From positions 4,352,001 through 4,416,000 of the forward strand of contig OY761556.1 in NCBI GenBank assembly GCA_963664705.1: 64,000 nt of DNA. The letters are read 5' to 3'. Both the position numbers and the translations under genes were made by a program. Shown here piece by piece: positions 1 through 9,814 of this stretch (the first letter of the stretch is position 1; the number at the start of each line of letters is the position of its first letter). The notes under the pieces are model-generated. The model made no database searches. It saw only the letters and a list, made by a program, of their open reading frames with translations, and had not been told where the DNA came from. Source of the stretch: Acidobacteriota bacterium (GTDB lineage: Bacteria > Acidobacteriota > UBA6911).

Positions 1-772
1 CCTGGCCCTTCAGGTATTGCAGAGTGTTCTTCCTTGGTTCCGTGGGAGCAATGCGCGCGATGAGATGCGCCGGCGGCCGAAAGCCAGTATCTTTCATCCC
101 CAGGGGGCGGAAGATCTGCTCTTGTGCAAACGTATCCAGCGACTTCCCGGAAACGGCCCGCACAATTTCTCCCAGGGCAATGAAATTCAGATCGCTATAG
201 GCAAATTCCTTCCCCGGTTCGGTAACTGTTTTTTCCTTCCAGAGTTCCTGCAGCGCCTCTGATCTTCCGGACCAGGGTTTGGAGAGATCAAAATCCGGCA
301 CCAGCCCGGAGTAGTGCGTAAGCAGTTGCCGTACGGTAATCGAATCCTTTCCGCCCCCCGAGAAGTCCGGGAGATATCGCTTGACCCGATCCTCAATCCT
401 GAGCCTGCCGCTTTCAACAAGCAGCATGACGGATGGCGTCGTGGCCGTCACCTTTGTCAGTGAAGAAATATCAAAGATCGTATCCACCGTCATTGGTTCG
501 ATTTTGGGTTGAACCGACCGGTTGCCGAATGCCTTGAGATAGGCAATCTGGCCATGCCTGGCCACCAGCACAACCGCGCCGGGGATCTCATGGGCGCCCA
601 TGGATTCCATGACTGCATCATCAATGTATTTCAATCGCGAGGACAGAAGCCCCGCAGATTCCGGAGTAGCCGGAACAAGACCTCTGCGCGGACTCTCCGC
701 GGATCGCGACGGTGCCGCAAAAGGAATGGTGGCGACGACAAATATCAGGCAGCAAACGTAGAAAATTCGCAT
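1..772 (-). CDS. Serine hydrolase / beta-lactamase class C-like protein with signal peptide (3' end runs off the window)
   Basis: Not in the ORF track. Manual translation from ATG 772 gives MRIFYVCCLIFVVATIPFAAP...IFDISSLTKVTAT (SxxK)...LLTHYSGL...FAYSDLNFIALGEIVRAVSGKSLD...IFRPLGMKDTGF (YxD/N motif). Confidence 0.85.
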   Translation of the reverse strand, partial: MRIFYVCCLIFVVATIPFAAPSRSAESPRRGLVPATPESAGLLSSRLKYIDDAVMESMGAHEIPGAVVLVARHGQIAYLKAFGNRSVQPKIEPMTVDTIFDISSLTKVTATTPSVMLLVESGRLRIEDRVKRYLPDFSGGGKDSITVRQLLTHYSGLVPDFDLSKPWSGRSEALQELWKEKTVTEPGKEFAYSDLNFIALGEIVRAVSGKSLDTFAQEQIFRPLGMKDTGFRPPAHLIARIAPTEPRKNTLQYLKGQ

Positions 773-890
773 AGACAAACTCTCGGGACTCTGCATATTA
801 TCAGATTCTTGGCACTTCTGCGCCCTCCGCAGATGTATTAGACTTCATGGTCCTGGAAAGAACAAATCATAAACCCAAAGGCGGCTCCTG

Positions 891-2060
891 ATGAATTCAT
901 TTCGCGGCGTAGATTTTTATCAAATGGATGAGCTCCTTTCCGACGTCGAACGCATGGCACGCGATACGATTCGGGAGTGGATCAGCGATAAAGCCGTCCC
1001 AATCATGGGCCATCATTTCGAAGAGGGCACTTTCCCTATGCCCCTTATCCCGGAGATGGCGGAACTGAGCGTTTTCGGAGCCAATTTACCCGAAGAATAC
1101 GGGTGCGCCGGAATGAATAACATGGCCTACGGGTTGCTCATGCAGGAACTGGAGCGCGGTGACAGCGGTCTCCGCAGCTTTGCTTCCGTTCAGGGAGCCC
1201 TCGTCATGTACCCGATATTCGCATTCGGGTCGGAGGATCAGAAGCGCTATTGGCTCCCGAAGCTGGCCAAAGGGGAAAAGATAGGCTGCTTCGGACTTAC
1301 CGAGCCGGATCACGGCTCCGACCCGGGCAACATGAGCACGCGCGCGGCAAGAAAAGGGAGCCGCTACATTCTGAATGGAGCCAAAGCCTGGATTACAAAC
1401 GGCACCATCGCAGATGTCGCAGTCGTCTGGGCGAAGCTTTCCGGCGAGGTCCGTGGATTTCTTGTAGAGAAAGGGACTCCCGGCTTTTCCGCTCCTGAGA
1501 TCAAACACAAAATGTCACTGCGGGCCTCCATCACATCCCAGCTCGTGTTTGAGGATTGCTCTATTCCTGAAGAAAATCTGCTGCCGAAATCGGCCGGGCT
1601 CATGTCGCCATTGATGTGCCTGAACCAGGCGCGCTATGGAATCGCATGGGGCGTGCTTGGAGCGGCCATGGCCTGTTATCAGGCCGCACTGGAATATTCG
1701 CAGGCACGGATACAATTCGATCGCCCTATTGGCGGGTTTCAGCTGGTCCAGGAAAAACTCGTCGACATGCTGACGGAAATTACAAAAGGTCAGCTCCTTG
1801 CTTTCCGCCTTGCGAAACTAAAGGATGAAGGCAAAATCGAACCCGCACAGGTGTCTTTGGCAAAGCGCAACAATTGCGCCATGGCGCTGGACATCGCGCG
1901 CAATGCACGCGACATTCTGGGCGCCAACGGCATCAGTCTGGAGTATCCGGTTATCCGTCACATGTGTAACCTGGAAGCCGTGAAAACTTATGAAGGAACG
2001 CATGATATCCACACGCTGGTTCTGGGGCAAACCATTACCGGGCTGAATGCATTCAGATAG
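891..2060 (+). CDS. gcdH: Acyl-CoA dehydrogenase, glutaryl-CoA dehydrogenase-like
   Basis: GCFGLTEPDHGSDP, GAKAWITNG, ELERGDSGLRS and C-terminal TYEGTHDIHTL motifs. Confidence 0.85.
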   Translation: MNSFRGVDFYQMDELLSDVERMARDTIREWISDKAVPIMGHHFEEGTFPMPLIPEMAELSVFGANLPEEYGCAGMNNMAYGLLMQELERGDSGLRSFASVQGALVMYPIFAFGSEDQKRYWLPKLAKGEKIGCFGLTEPDHGSDPGNMSTRAARKGSRYILNGAKAWITNGTIADVAVVWAKLSGEVRGFLVEKGTPGFSAPEIKHKMSLRASITSQLVFEDCSIPEENLLPKSAGLMSPLMCLNQARYGIAWGVLGAAMACYQAALEYSQARIQFDRPIGGFQLVQEKLVDMLTEITKGQLLAFRLAKLKDEGKIEPAQVSLAKRNNCAMALDIARNARDILGANGISLEYPVIRHMCNLEAVKTYEGTHDIHTLVLGQTITGLNAFR

Positions 2061-2065
2061 CGGGG

Positions 2066-2100
2066 GATTCCAGATTTCAGATTTCAGATTTCAGATTGCG
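2066..2100. repeat. Heptamer tandem repeat (GATTTCA-type, 5 units)
   Basis: GATTCCA GATTTCA GATTTCA GATTTCA GATTGCG between the convergent gcdH and glgA genes. Confidence 0.85.
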
Positions 2101-3623
2101 ATGGATTTAGAATCCGCGATTGCGCGGTAGAGCTTCATATATTCTTCCGCAGATCTTTCCCAGGACCAATCCTGAGACATGGCGCGAATCCGCAATTTAT
2201 TCCACTGATCCGGGTTTGCATATGCGGCAAGCGCCCGTCGGATGGCCGCCAGCATCTCGCGCGGCGTATATCCGGAGAAACAGAAGCCGGTGCCATTTCC
2301 GGAATCAGCGTCAATCACGGTATCGGCCAGTCCTCCAGTCGCACGCACAATCGGAACGGTCCCATAGCGAAGGCTGTAGAGCTGATTGAGCCCGCAAGGC
2401 TCGAACCTGGAAGGCATGAGAAACATGTCGCAGCCGGCCTCTATCTGATGGGCCAATTGGTTATCAAAGGACAGGCGCAAGCCGATTTTCTTGGGATATT
2501 TCGAGGCAACCCGTCCCAAAAGATCATGGTACTTCTGCTGCCCGGTGCCGAGAATTACGAGCTGCAGGTCCAGAGATGCGATTTCATCCACCGCTTCTGC
2601 AATAAGATCAAAGCCCTTTTGATCCGCAAGCCGGGAGACAATTCCAATGATTGGCGTCCTGTCCTGATTGATTGGCAATCCAAAACGCTGCTGCACATGT
2701 GTTTTGCATTTTGCCTTGCCGGAGAAATCCCGTTTCGAATACTGCGCAGGAATGAGCGGATCCATGCCCGGATCCCATTCATCATAGTCGATCCCATTGA
2801 TGATGCCGTTCAGGTCCTCTTCCCGGTTATGTAAAACGCCCTCCAAACCCATTCCGAACTCATGATTCGTCCGGATTTCCATGGCATAGGTTTGGCTGAC
2901 CGTATTTATCTTATCCGAAAGCTCAATCCCGGCTTTCATGAAATTGACCTGGCCCCAGTATTCAAAAGGGGAGGCGGGATAGAATTGCGCTGGATCGATA
3001 CCTGCGTAGGCAAGCGATTCCACCGGATAGAGTCCCTGGTACGCTATGTTGTGGATTGTCAGCAGCGTTCCCGCTTTCGCAAAGAGTGAATCATCCCGGT
3101 AATTCAGCTTCATCATTCCTGGAATAAGGGCTGCATGCGAATCGTGGCAGTGAATGATGTCGATTGGATTTCCAAGTCTTCGGAGCAGTTCAATCCCCGA
3201 CCTCATCAGGAAGATGAACCGCTGCATGTTATCGGTGTAGCCTTCTTTTGTAGTGGGGTCATCGTACACGCCATCCCGATCGAAATATCTGGAAGATCCA
3301 ACCAGATATACATCCACCGGCGAATCCGGAATCCTGCCCTGGAATATACGGGCACGTTCGGTCAGGAGGCCGAGCGGAACCTCAAACTCCGGGACGGAGG
3401 CACAGGGGGTGATGCGAAATTTGTGTTTATCAATGGAACGATAGGCTGGAATGATAACGATCGGATTTGCTCCGGCCTTTTTCAGGGCTTTCGGCAGGGC
3501 ACCGACCACATCTCCAAGCCCTCCCACCTTGACGAAAGGAGCAGCCTCTGCGGCGATCATGGCTATATTCAGCTTGGACTGGGGTCTGCTCATTGCTGAA
3601 GGCTTCATGTTTTTCGTTTTCAT
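2091..3623 (-). CDS. glgA: Glycogen synthase (GT5)
   Basis: KVGGLGDV (KxGGL ADP-glucose motif), HCHD, MPSRFEPCGLNQLY and RATGGLADTV. Confidence 0.95.
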   Translation of the reverse strand: MKTKNMKPSAMSRPQSKLNIAMIAAEAAPFVKVGGLGDVVGALPKALKKAGANPIVIIPAYRSIDKHKFRITPCASVPEFEVPLGLLTERARIFQGRIPDSPVDVYLVGSSRYFDRDGVYDDPTTKEGYTDNMQRFIFLMRSGIELLRRLGNPIDIIHCHDSHAALIPGMMKLNYRDDSLFAKAGTLLTIHNIAYQGLYPVESLAYAGIDPAQFYPASPFEYWGQVNFMKAGIELSDKINTVSQTYAMEIRTNHEFGMGLEGVLHNREEDLNGIINGIDYDEWDPGMDPLIPAQYSKRDFSGKAKCKTHVQQRFGLPINQDRTPIIGIVSRLADQKGFDLIAEAVDEIASLDLQLVILGTGQQKYHDLLGRVASKYPKKIGLRLSFDNQLAHQIEAGCDMFLMPSRFEPCGLNQLYSLRYGTVPIVRATGGLADTVIDADSGNGTGFCFSGYTPREMLAAIRRALAAYANPDQWNKLRIRAMSQDWSWERSAEEYMKLYRAIADSKSIAI

Positions 3624-3719
3624 TCTATTGTGGATTGGAGACTATGGATCATGGCATGAAGCTCTGTCCGAAGACTTGCCATCCGCAATTCACAGTCCAC
3701 ATTCTGCAATAATATTTGC

Positions 3720-4745
3720 TCACAATTCCGTGTCGCGCAGATATTTCGCGGCGTCTTCGGGTGCCGTGGGGTTGATATAAAAGCCGGTCCCCCACTCGAA
3801 TCCTGCGACTTGAGTCAGCCGTGGAATGAATTCGATGTGCCAGTGATAATCCAGCTCGATCGTTTCCCAATCCGAACCGTGCTTATGCCGAGCCTGCACA
3901 TTCGGGATGGTGTGGATCACAAAATTGTAGGGTGGGTCCTTGAGACATTTCTTGATACGCAGGAGGACATCTTTTAGTACAGCGGCCAGGTGATAAAGAA
4001 GATCGTCGCTGGCCTCTGCAAAACTGTGATGATGGTGCCGTGGAGCTATAAATAATTCGAATGGGAAGCGGGAAGCAAAGGGCGTAAGGACAACAAACTG
4101 ATCGCCGGCGGTCACAACACGATGCCCCGAATCGAGTTCCTGATTGATTAGATCGCAGAAAAGGCACCGCTCCTTATCGCGGTAGTGCTCCTTGGCGGAA
4201 TCCAACTCTTCCACCAGTGTCAACGGAGTCACAGGAGTGGCAATCAACTGTGTGTGCGAGTGCGCCAGGGAAGCCCCGGCTGCGGCGCCATGATTTTTAA
4301 ATATCAGGACATATTTGAATCGTTGATCGCGCAGCAGATCCGTGAGACGTTCCCGATACATCCGCAAAATTTTATGGATATGATCGATCGGCGCATCGGC
4401 CAGGTGAAGCGAGTGGCTGGGAGTCTCGATGATGACTTCGTGCGCTCCGACTCCATTCATGCGATCATAGGCGCCAAGTCCCTTGCGATCCAGGCCTCCT
4501 TCGATCCGGAGTGCCGGGAATTTGTTGGGAACAACACGGACTTCCCATCCGGGCTGATTGGGTCCGCTGCCATTTCGGATTGCCGTTATTTCCGGCGGAG
4601 TCTTGCTCTCATTCCCTTCGCAGAATGGGCAGAATCCATCCGGCGGCACGGCTTCAGTGCGCGGAAAGTCATCCGGGCGACGTCCCCGTTCGGTGGCGAT
4701 AATAACCCAACGTTTCTGGATTGGATCGTGTCGTAGTTCAGGCAT
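3720..4745 (-). CDS. galT: GalT-family nucleotidyltransferase (galactose-1-P uridylyltransferase / ADP-glucose phosphorylase-like)
   Basis: ELRHDP, CPFCEGNE, VVPNKFPAL, GASLAHSHTQ (HxHxQ) and AGFEWGTG. Confidence 0.85.
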   Translation of the reverse strand: MPELRHDPIQKRWVIIATERGRRPDDFPRTEAVPPDGFCPFCEGNESKTPPEITAIRNGSGPNQPGWEVRVVPNKFPALRIEGGLDRKGLGAYDRMNGVGAHEVIIETPSHSLHLADAPIDHIHKILRMYRERLTDLLRDQRFKYVLIFKNHGAAAGASLAHSHTQLIATPVTPLTLVEELDSAKEHYRDKERCLFCDLINQELDSGHRVVTAGDQFVVLTPFASRFPFELFIAPRHHHHSFAEASDDLLYHLAAVLKDVLLRIKKCLKDPPYNFVIHTIPNVQARHKHGSDWETIELDYHWHIEFIPRLTQVAGFEWGTGFYINPTAPEDAAKYLRDTEL

Positions 4746-4814
4746 ACATGAAAAGCATCGGGATTACCAGGGCATCACAACAATGCGATTGCCTCCGCTA
4801 AAGCTCGGATCCTA

Positions 4815-6983
4815 TCATTCCTTACCTGGCAATTCAATCTCAGGCAGAGCAGCGCAATCGGCCAGGTAATATTTCTGCACATACTCCTGCACCATTCGCC
4901 AGGTTGTAAACTTCGGCAACATTGTAGCCATTGAACGACGGATTCGGGCAATCCACTGCCTCGGGATACCGCGTTCATCGCGATCATAAAAACATGGCAC
5001 GACTTCTTCGCTCAGCACCTTGAGGAGGTTGATGTTGTCGATTCGATCCTGCTCAATGACCGAAGAAGGCTGCGAATCTTCTCCTATCGCAAATCCGTTA
5101 TTACCGTCGTAAGCCTCACGCCACCAGCCATCCATGATGCTTAGATTTAACCCGCCATTGCTGATGATTTTCTGCCCACTGGTACCGGAGGCCTCGAGGG
5201 GACGTCGGGGGGTATTCAGCCAGACATCGCAGCCCGAAACCATTTGACGGGCAATATGCACGTCATAATTCTCAATAAATACAAGCCTCCCGCGCATCTC
5301 GCTGTATTTGCTGAGATGGATAATCTTCTGTATCCGTCGCTTTCCTTCATTGTCCGCAGGGTGCGCTTTGCCGGAAAAAATAAATTGAATCGGCCGGACC
5401 GGATTGGTCGCGAGTTTGACGATGGCATCGTAATCCTCAAAAACCAATGGAGCCCGCTTATAGGTAGCAAAGCGGCGCGCGAAACCGATCGTGAGAGCAT
5501 CCGGGTTCAGCAATCTGTCGAACGCATTCAGGTCGCCAAAGGCGTTGCGCCGGATGAGCAGTCGCCTGCGCGTAAACTCGATCAGGGCTCTTCGAAGCCG
5601 ATATCGCAGGGCCCAAATCTCTTCATCGGTAACAAAATCAGGGTCGAGCATGCGCTCCCAAAAATTAGGGGAATGAATGTCCTTGTCCCAATTCGGTCCG
5701 AGCTTGTTTCTCCAGAAACTGCGAACAGGTCCTTTCATCCAGCCAATAAGGTGGATCCCGTTGGTAACGTGACCAATAGGCACCTCATCCACGGACTTGT
5801 CGGGATATAATACGTGCCACATATTGCGGCTCACCCTTCCGTGCAGTTCGCTGACCGCATTGGCAGCCCGGGATGTCTTGAGGGCCAGCACGGTCATGCA
5901 GAAAGGCTCGTTGTCGTCCTCCGGATCAACCCGTCCCAATGCCATTAGTTCCTTGAACGAGGAGGTAATCTGCGGCTGAAAACTCTGCAATGAATGCTTC
6001 ACGAGATCCGGACTGAAGCGATCGTGTCCTGCCTCGACCGGGGTGTGAGTCGTAAAAACACACTCCTTGCGCGTGGCATCCAGGGCAGCCTGGAAGGAAT
6101 CCCCGTTCAGCATTTTCTCGCGTATCAATTCCAGCGACACAAAAGCTACGTGTCCTTCATTCATGTGATACAGGGACGGCTGGATGTGAAGAGTGCGCAA
6201 CAAACGGACTCCGCCGATACCGAGCAGAATTTCCTGCATGATGCGCGTCGATTTGTCACCGCCGTACACTCGTAGCGTAAGGTCACGATAGAACGGCTCG
6301 TTTTCCGGACGATTGGCATCGATCAGGTAGATCGGGCAGCGGCCCACATCCACTTTCCATACTTGAAAAAACACGCGGGATTCGGCAATTTCCACATCGC
6401 ATACCAGTCTCTCGCCCGAAGCGTCGAGAACCGGCTCGAGCGGCAGGGCCTCTGGGTTCAGCGGCGTGTAGTATTCGGTCTGCCAGTTCTCATTATCGAT
6501 CATCTGCTGGAAATACCCTTCCCGGTACAGCAGACTGATGCCGACGAGTCCCAACCCAAGATCGCTCGCAGATCTGGCATGATCCCCTGATAGAATTCCC
6601 AGTCCTCCGGCCGCTATCGGCAGCGTTTCATGGAACCCATATTCCGCCGTAAAATACGCAACCGGTTTTTTTATTAGACCGGGCGCATGATTGAAGGCCC
6701 AGGTATCCTTCTGATGGATGTATGCATCGAAACCCGCTAGCGCTGTCCTTACCGTGCGCGCAAAAACGGGATCTTTCAAACGCATGCGGAGCTCATATTC
6801 GGAGATGTCCTGCAGAACGGCCACCGCATTGTGATATAGATCCTGCCACCCGCGGGGAGACAGCTCCTGAAAAATCTCCTGGCATTCCTGATTCCAGGTC
6901 CACCAGAGGTTTTTGGCCAGTTGCCTTAGGCGTGCAAGAAGGTCCGCAGTTTCGTCGTGGTATGAAAGTGGATTGGCGCTCAG
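4815..6983 (-). CDS. glgP: Alpha-glucan (glycogen/maltodextrin) phosphorylase, probable CTG start
   Basis: GGLGILSGD, FARRFATYKRA, GKAHPAD and EASGTSGQK. The frame stays open upstream of the track start (6824) through conserved LAKNLWWTWN to a CTG at 6983 preceded by GGAGAG. Confidence 0.9.
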   Translation of the reverse strand: MSANPLSYHDETADLLARLRQLAKNLWWTWNQECQEIFQELSPRGWQDLYHNAVAVLQDISEYELRMRLKDPVFARTVRTALAGFDAYIHQKDTWAFNHAPGLIKKPVAYFTAEYGFHETLPIAAGGLGILSGDHARSASDLGLGLVGISLLYREGYFQQMIDNENWQTEYYTPLNPEALPLEPVLDASGERLVCDVEIAESRVFFQVWKVDVGRCPIYLIDANRPENEPFYRDLTLRVYGGDKSTRIMQEILLGIGGVRLLRTLHIQPSLYHMNEGHVAFVSLELIREKMLNGDSFQAALDATRKECVFTTHTPVEAGHDRFSPDLVKHSLQSFQPQITSSFKELMALGRVDPEDDNEPFCMTVLALKTSRAANAVSELHGRVSRNMWHVLYPDKSVDEVPIGHVTNGIHLIGWMKGPVRSFWRNKLGPNWDKDIHSPNFWERMLDPDFVTDEEIWALRYRLRRALIEFTRRRLLIRRNAFGDLNAFDRLLNPDALTIGFARRFATYKRAPLVFEDYDAIVKLATNPVRPIQFIFSGKAHPADNEGKRRIQKIIHLSKYSEMRGRLVFIENYDVHIARQMVSGCDVWLNTPRRPLEASGTSGQKIISNGGLNLSIMDGWWREAYDGNNGFAIGEDSQPSSVIEQDRIDNINLLKVLSEEVVPCFYDRDERGIPRQWIARIRRSMATMLPKFTTWRMVQEYVQKYYLADCAALPEIELPGKE

Positions 6984-7027
6984 CGTAGTCTCTCCATGTT
7001 AAGTCAAAAACAATAGCTTCTGCTGGA

Positions 7028-9202
7028 TCAGACGATCCATTCCTGATAGTCGAGTCCCCAGGGATCAACGGGTATCGTCAGTACACCTGTCTCGGGGAAC
7101 CGCTCCATTTCACGGTCATTCTCCAGGACCGAAATAAAAAATGATACCTCGGAAGGCTTTTCGATGCGAAGAGCTTCCAGAGGCAGCCCTATTTCCAGGA
7201 TGCGGTTGGCGGCAAATTCGGGCACCTTATCCGGCATCGGCCAATGAACGGGTCTGCACCGCCAGGTCTTTTCGCCGAAATATTCCAGCATCAAGCTGCA
7301 CTCTCCCGGAGAAATAAACTGCACCTGCACCGAGCCCTCCCGGGGAAAGGCTGATATCTTCTCCTGCGCAAAGTCAATGCGCAAATAGAAAGAACCTAGA
7401 TCGTATGCAAAGTATATCTTTTCGAGGAAACGATCCGTTCGATGCATGGAGGCGCCGCCTCCTGGAACCGCATATCCCGCAGAGATCCATTCATAATAGT
7501 CCGACTCCACGCCGTCTACCTGTGGGGTCAGCGTCTGGACTGGATTCCTATATTGTATTTTGGGTTTGGTTTTCTTGACCGGTTGATCCAGGTTTTGAGG
7601 TGTCTTCTCACCCAATAGCCGGTAGACATTCTTCAGCCGGTCCCGGAATAGCGCATCAAATTCCGCGGCATTGTCGGTCGGATGATCATCGCCAAACCAC
7701 CAGAACCAGTCGCTCCCTTCGGCAATCATCATCTCCCGGAATGCAGCCTTGACATTTTCTCCGTTTGGATTCCGCAATTGCGATGTGTCCCAGAAACGGC
7801 GCGCGGCCGTTATAAGCTCCCAGGCGCGGTTTTTTTCCTCGTGGCCGATCCAGGTCGCCAGATTCCCATAAATCCAGCTGCCGGAGACAACGGATTTCAG
7901 CGGTTCTCGATGCGACTCGAGATCAAGAAATTCGGAAAATGTCACAGTTCGCAGATCATCGGCGCTGCCCAGTTCCCTGTACAGTGTTTCCAGAAAAACC
8001 GTCCCATTCCCCGGGTAATGCTCCCACGCATTTTCGCCATCCAGGATGATCGGAACAATATAATGCCGGCCATCATCCGGAAGACTAAGGTGAATGCTGC
8101 GCAGGCGTCGGCAGAAATCCGCTACCGCATCCTTCTCGTTCCAGTGGTAATAGGAAAACCCGAAAAGATCCGACAGCGCGTGGTCGCGGAAAAACAGGCA
8201 CGGACCCGATTCGCCGCCGCCCCATTGATAGGCGCTGTATTTTTTGTCCGGACTCAGCAGCCCGCCGATTCGCCCCTCCTTATGAAGGGAATTCCATAGA
8301 ACGCTCTCATCGGAAGCCAGCCAGCGCAGTCCTGCGTCTCGCGCCAGTGCCAGAGCAGCATCGCTCAAGGCTCCTTCGGAAGGCCACATCCCGCGCGCCG
8401 ACCGTCCAAAGATCCTGGAAAATTCCGCCGTCGCAAGATCTATGTGCTCCCTGGCGTCCTGAGGATACCGAAAGGAATCAGGCGGCAAGGGGATATCCGG
8501 CAACGCCTCCCTGGCAACACGCAAATCGCAGAGCAGCGGTAGAATGGGATGGTAGTAGGGAGATATCGAGAACTCGAAAGATCCCGACTCCGAAAGCTTC
8601 CGGTAATAAGGAAGAATGCGACCGATGAAGGCATACTGAATATCCAGGAGGCGCTGTTTGTCTTCTTCGCTGAATCCTCGCGCCTTATCGAAGAGATTCC
8701 GGATTTCGGGATCGCTGCGCAGTTCGTGCCCGCACCAGGCCAGGTTGTACCAAAGCTGCAGGTCCCGGTAATCCTGGGCAGTATACAGTCCAATCACTGC
8801 CGAATAGTCGCCGTGCTCATTGGCCGGACCCCGCCGGTCATAAAGCTCGCGGTAGCGGGAATACGGAAGCAGCATGTGCGCAGGAGAAAGCTGGAAGAAC
8901 GTGCGCAACAGGAAGGCCTTCTCATTGGCCTCCAGTGCCGAAGCATCCCGACGAGTCAGGCTCGTCTGAATCTCATTGATCTTGCCGGAACTGTAGGATT
9001 CAAGCTGCTCCATGAGCGACGGGACCAGATTGAACATGACGTGCACGTTCCCCGCCCGCTCCACAAGCGCAGCCATGTCATAGTAATCCTTGATGGCATG
9101 GAACCGAGTCCAGGGAAGGTACGTTTCACCCGTATGGGTATTGCGATAGTCCGGCTGATGCATGTGCCAAAGGAAGGCAATACAAAGCGGCTTTCTCGAC
9201 AT
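7028..9202 (-). CDS. Glycoside hydrolase family 57 (amylopullulanase-like)
   Basis: WHMHQP, YHPILPLL, GMWPSEG (nucleophile), LDGENAWE (acid/base) and AEGSDWFWW. Confidence 0.9.
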   Translation of the reverse strand: MSRKPLCIAFLWHMHQPDYRNTHTGETYLPWTRFHAIKDYYDMAALVERAGNVHVMFNLVPSLMEQLESYSSGKINEIQTSLTRRDASALEANEKAFLLRTFFQLSPAHMLLPYSRYRELYDRRGPANEHGDYSAVIGLYTAQDYRDLQLWYNLAWCGHELRSDPEIRNLFDKARGFSEEDKQRLLDIQYAFIGRILPYYRKLSESGSFEFSISPYYHPILPLLCDLRVAREALPDIPLPPDSFRYPQDAREHIDLATAEFSRIFGRSARGMWPSEGALSDAALALARDAGLRWLASDESVLWNSLHKEGRIGGLLSPDKKYSAYQWGGGESGPCLFFRDHALSDLFGFSYYHWNEKDAVADFCRRLRSIHLSLPDDGRHYIVPIILDGENAWEHYPGNGTVFLETLYRELGSADDLRTVTFSEFLDLESHREPLKSVVSGSWIYGNLATWIGHEEKNRAWELITAARRFWDTSQLRNPNGENVKAAFREMMIAEGSDWFWWFGDDHPTDNAAEFDALFRDRLKNVYRLLGEKTPQNLDQPVKKTKPKIQYRNPVQTLTPQVDGVESDYYEWISAGYAVPGGGASMHRTDRFLEKIYFAYDLGSFYLRIDFAQEKISAFPREGSVQVQFISPGECSLMLEYFGEKTWRCRPVHWPMPDKVPEFAANRILEIGLPLEALRIEKPSEVSFFISVLENDREMERFPETGVLTIPVDPWGLDYQEWIV

Positions 9203-9381
9203 GAAATCCCCCGGAATCAGAATAGCAAAACGCTGGCAGCCTGTCAGCTTGTCCTCATTTCGGCATTTTTGCTCCCGGTATTTCCATATATGACAGGTTG
9301 TACCTCAAAATTACTTCTTCCTGGTGCATAATCCTATGAGTTTCTGCCTCCCCTGCATCGTGTCGAAGATCTGAAATTACC

Positions 9382-9410
9382 TTGACTCCCATGGTATGCG
9401 GTGCTATTAC
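9382..9410 (+). promoter_or_regulatory. Candidate sigma70 promoter for HU gene
   Basis: TTGACT-N17-TATTAC with a TGn extended -10. Confidence 0.5.
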
Positions 9411-9481
9411 ACGGCCGTTTCCTGTTAATCTCATCGATACATACCAATTTGCAGGGTAGGACGCAGAAGGGGGGATCTCTC

Positions 9482-9754
9482 TTGAATAAGGGTGATATTG
9501 TAGGAAAAATCGCAAAAGATGCGGATCTTACGAAGTCCCAGGCAGAATCTGCCTTCAACTCGCTTATTTCCGGAATTACGGCTTCTTTGAAGAAGGGTCA
9601 GAAGGTGACCGTTGTAGGGTTCGGAACTTTCTCAGTGGCAAAAAGGAAGGCGCGCGCAGGCCGGAATCCTCAGACCGGCGCAGCCATAAAAATCGCCGCT
9701 CACAAGGTCCCGAAGTTTGTGCCTGGAAGTGATTTGAAAAAAGCCGTGCGGTAA
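9482..9754 (+). CDS. hup: DNA-binding protein HU
   Basis: TTG start after a G-rich RBS. MNKGDIV...VGFGTFSV...RAGRNPQTG...PKFVPG. Confidence 0.95.
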   Translation: MNKGDIVGKIAKDADLTKSQAESAFNSLISGITASLKKGQKVTVVGFGTFSVAKRKARAGRNPQTGAAIKIAAHKVPKFVPGSDLKKAVR

Positions 9755-9760
9755 TAATGC

Positions 9761-9791
9761 GCCTGCGGCAGGATTGAATCCTGCCGCAGGC
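9761..9791. terminator. Hairpin between convergent hup and sigma factor genes
   Basis: GCCTGCGGCAGGAT-TGA-ATCCTGCCGCAGGC, a perfect 14-bp stem. Confidence 0.7.
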
Positions 9792-9814
9792 ATAAATCGG
9801 GGGGAGACAGGCGC

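Noticed and set aside
6793-7068. 91-aa ORF between GH57 and glgP
   Set aside because: It overlaps the true glgP N-terminus in another frame.
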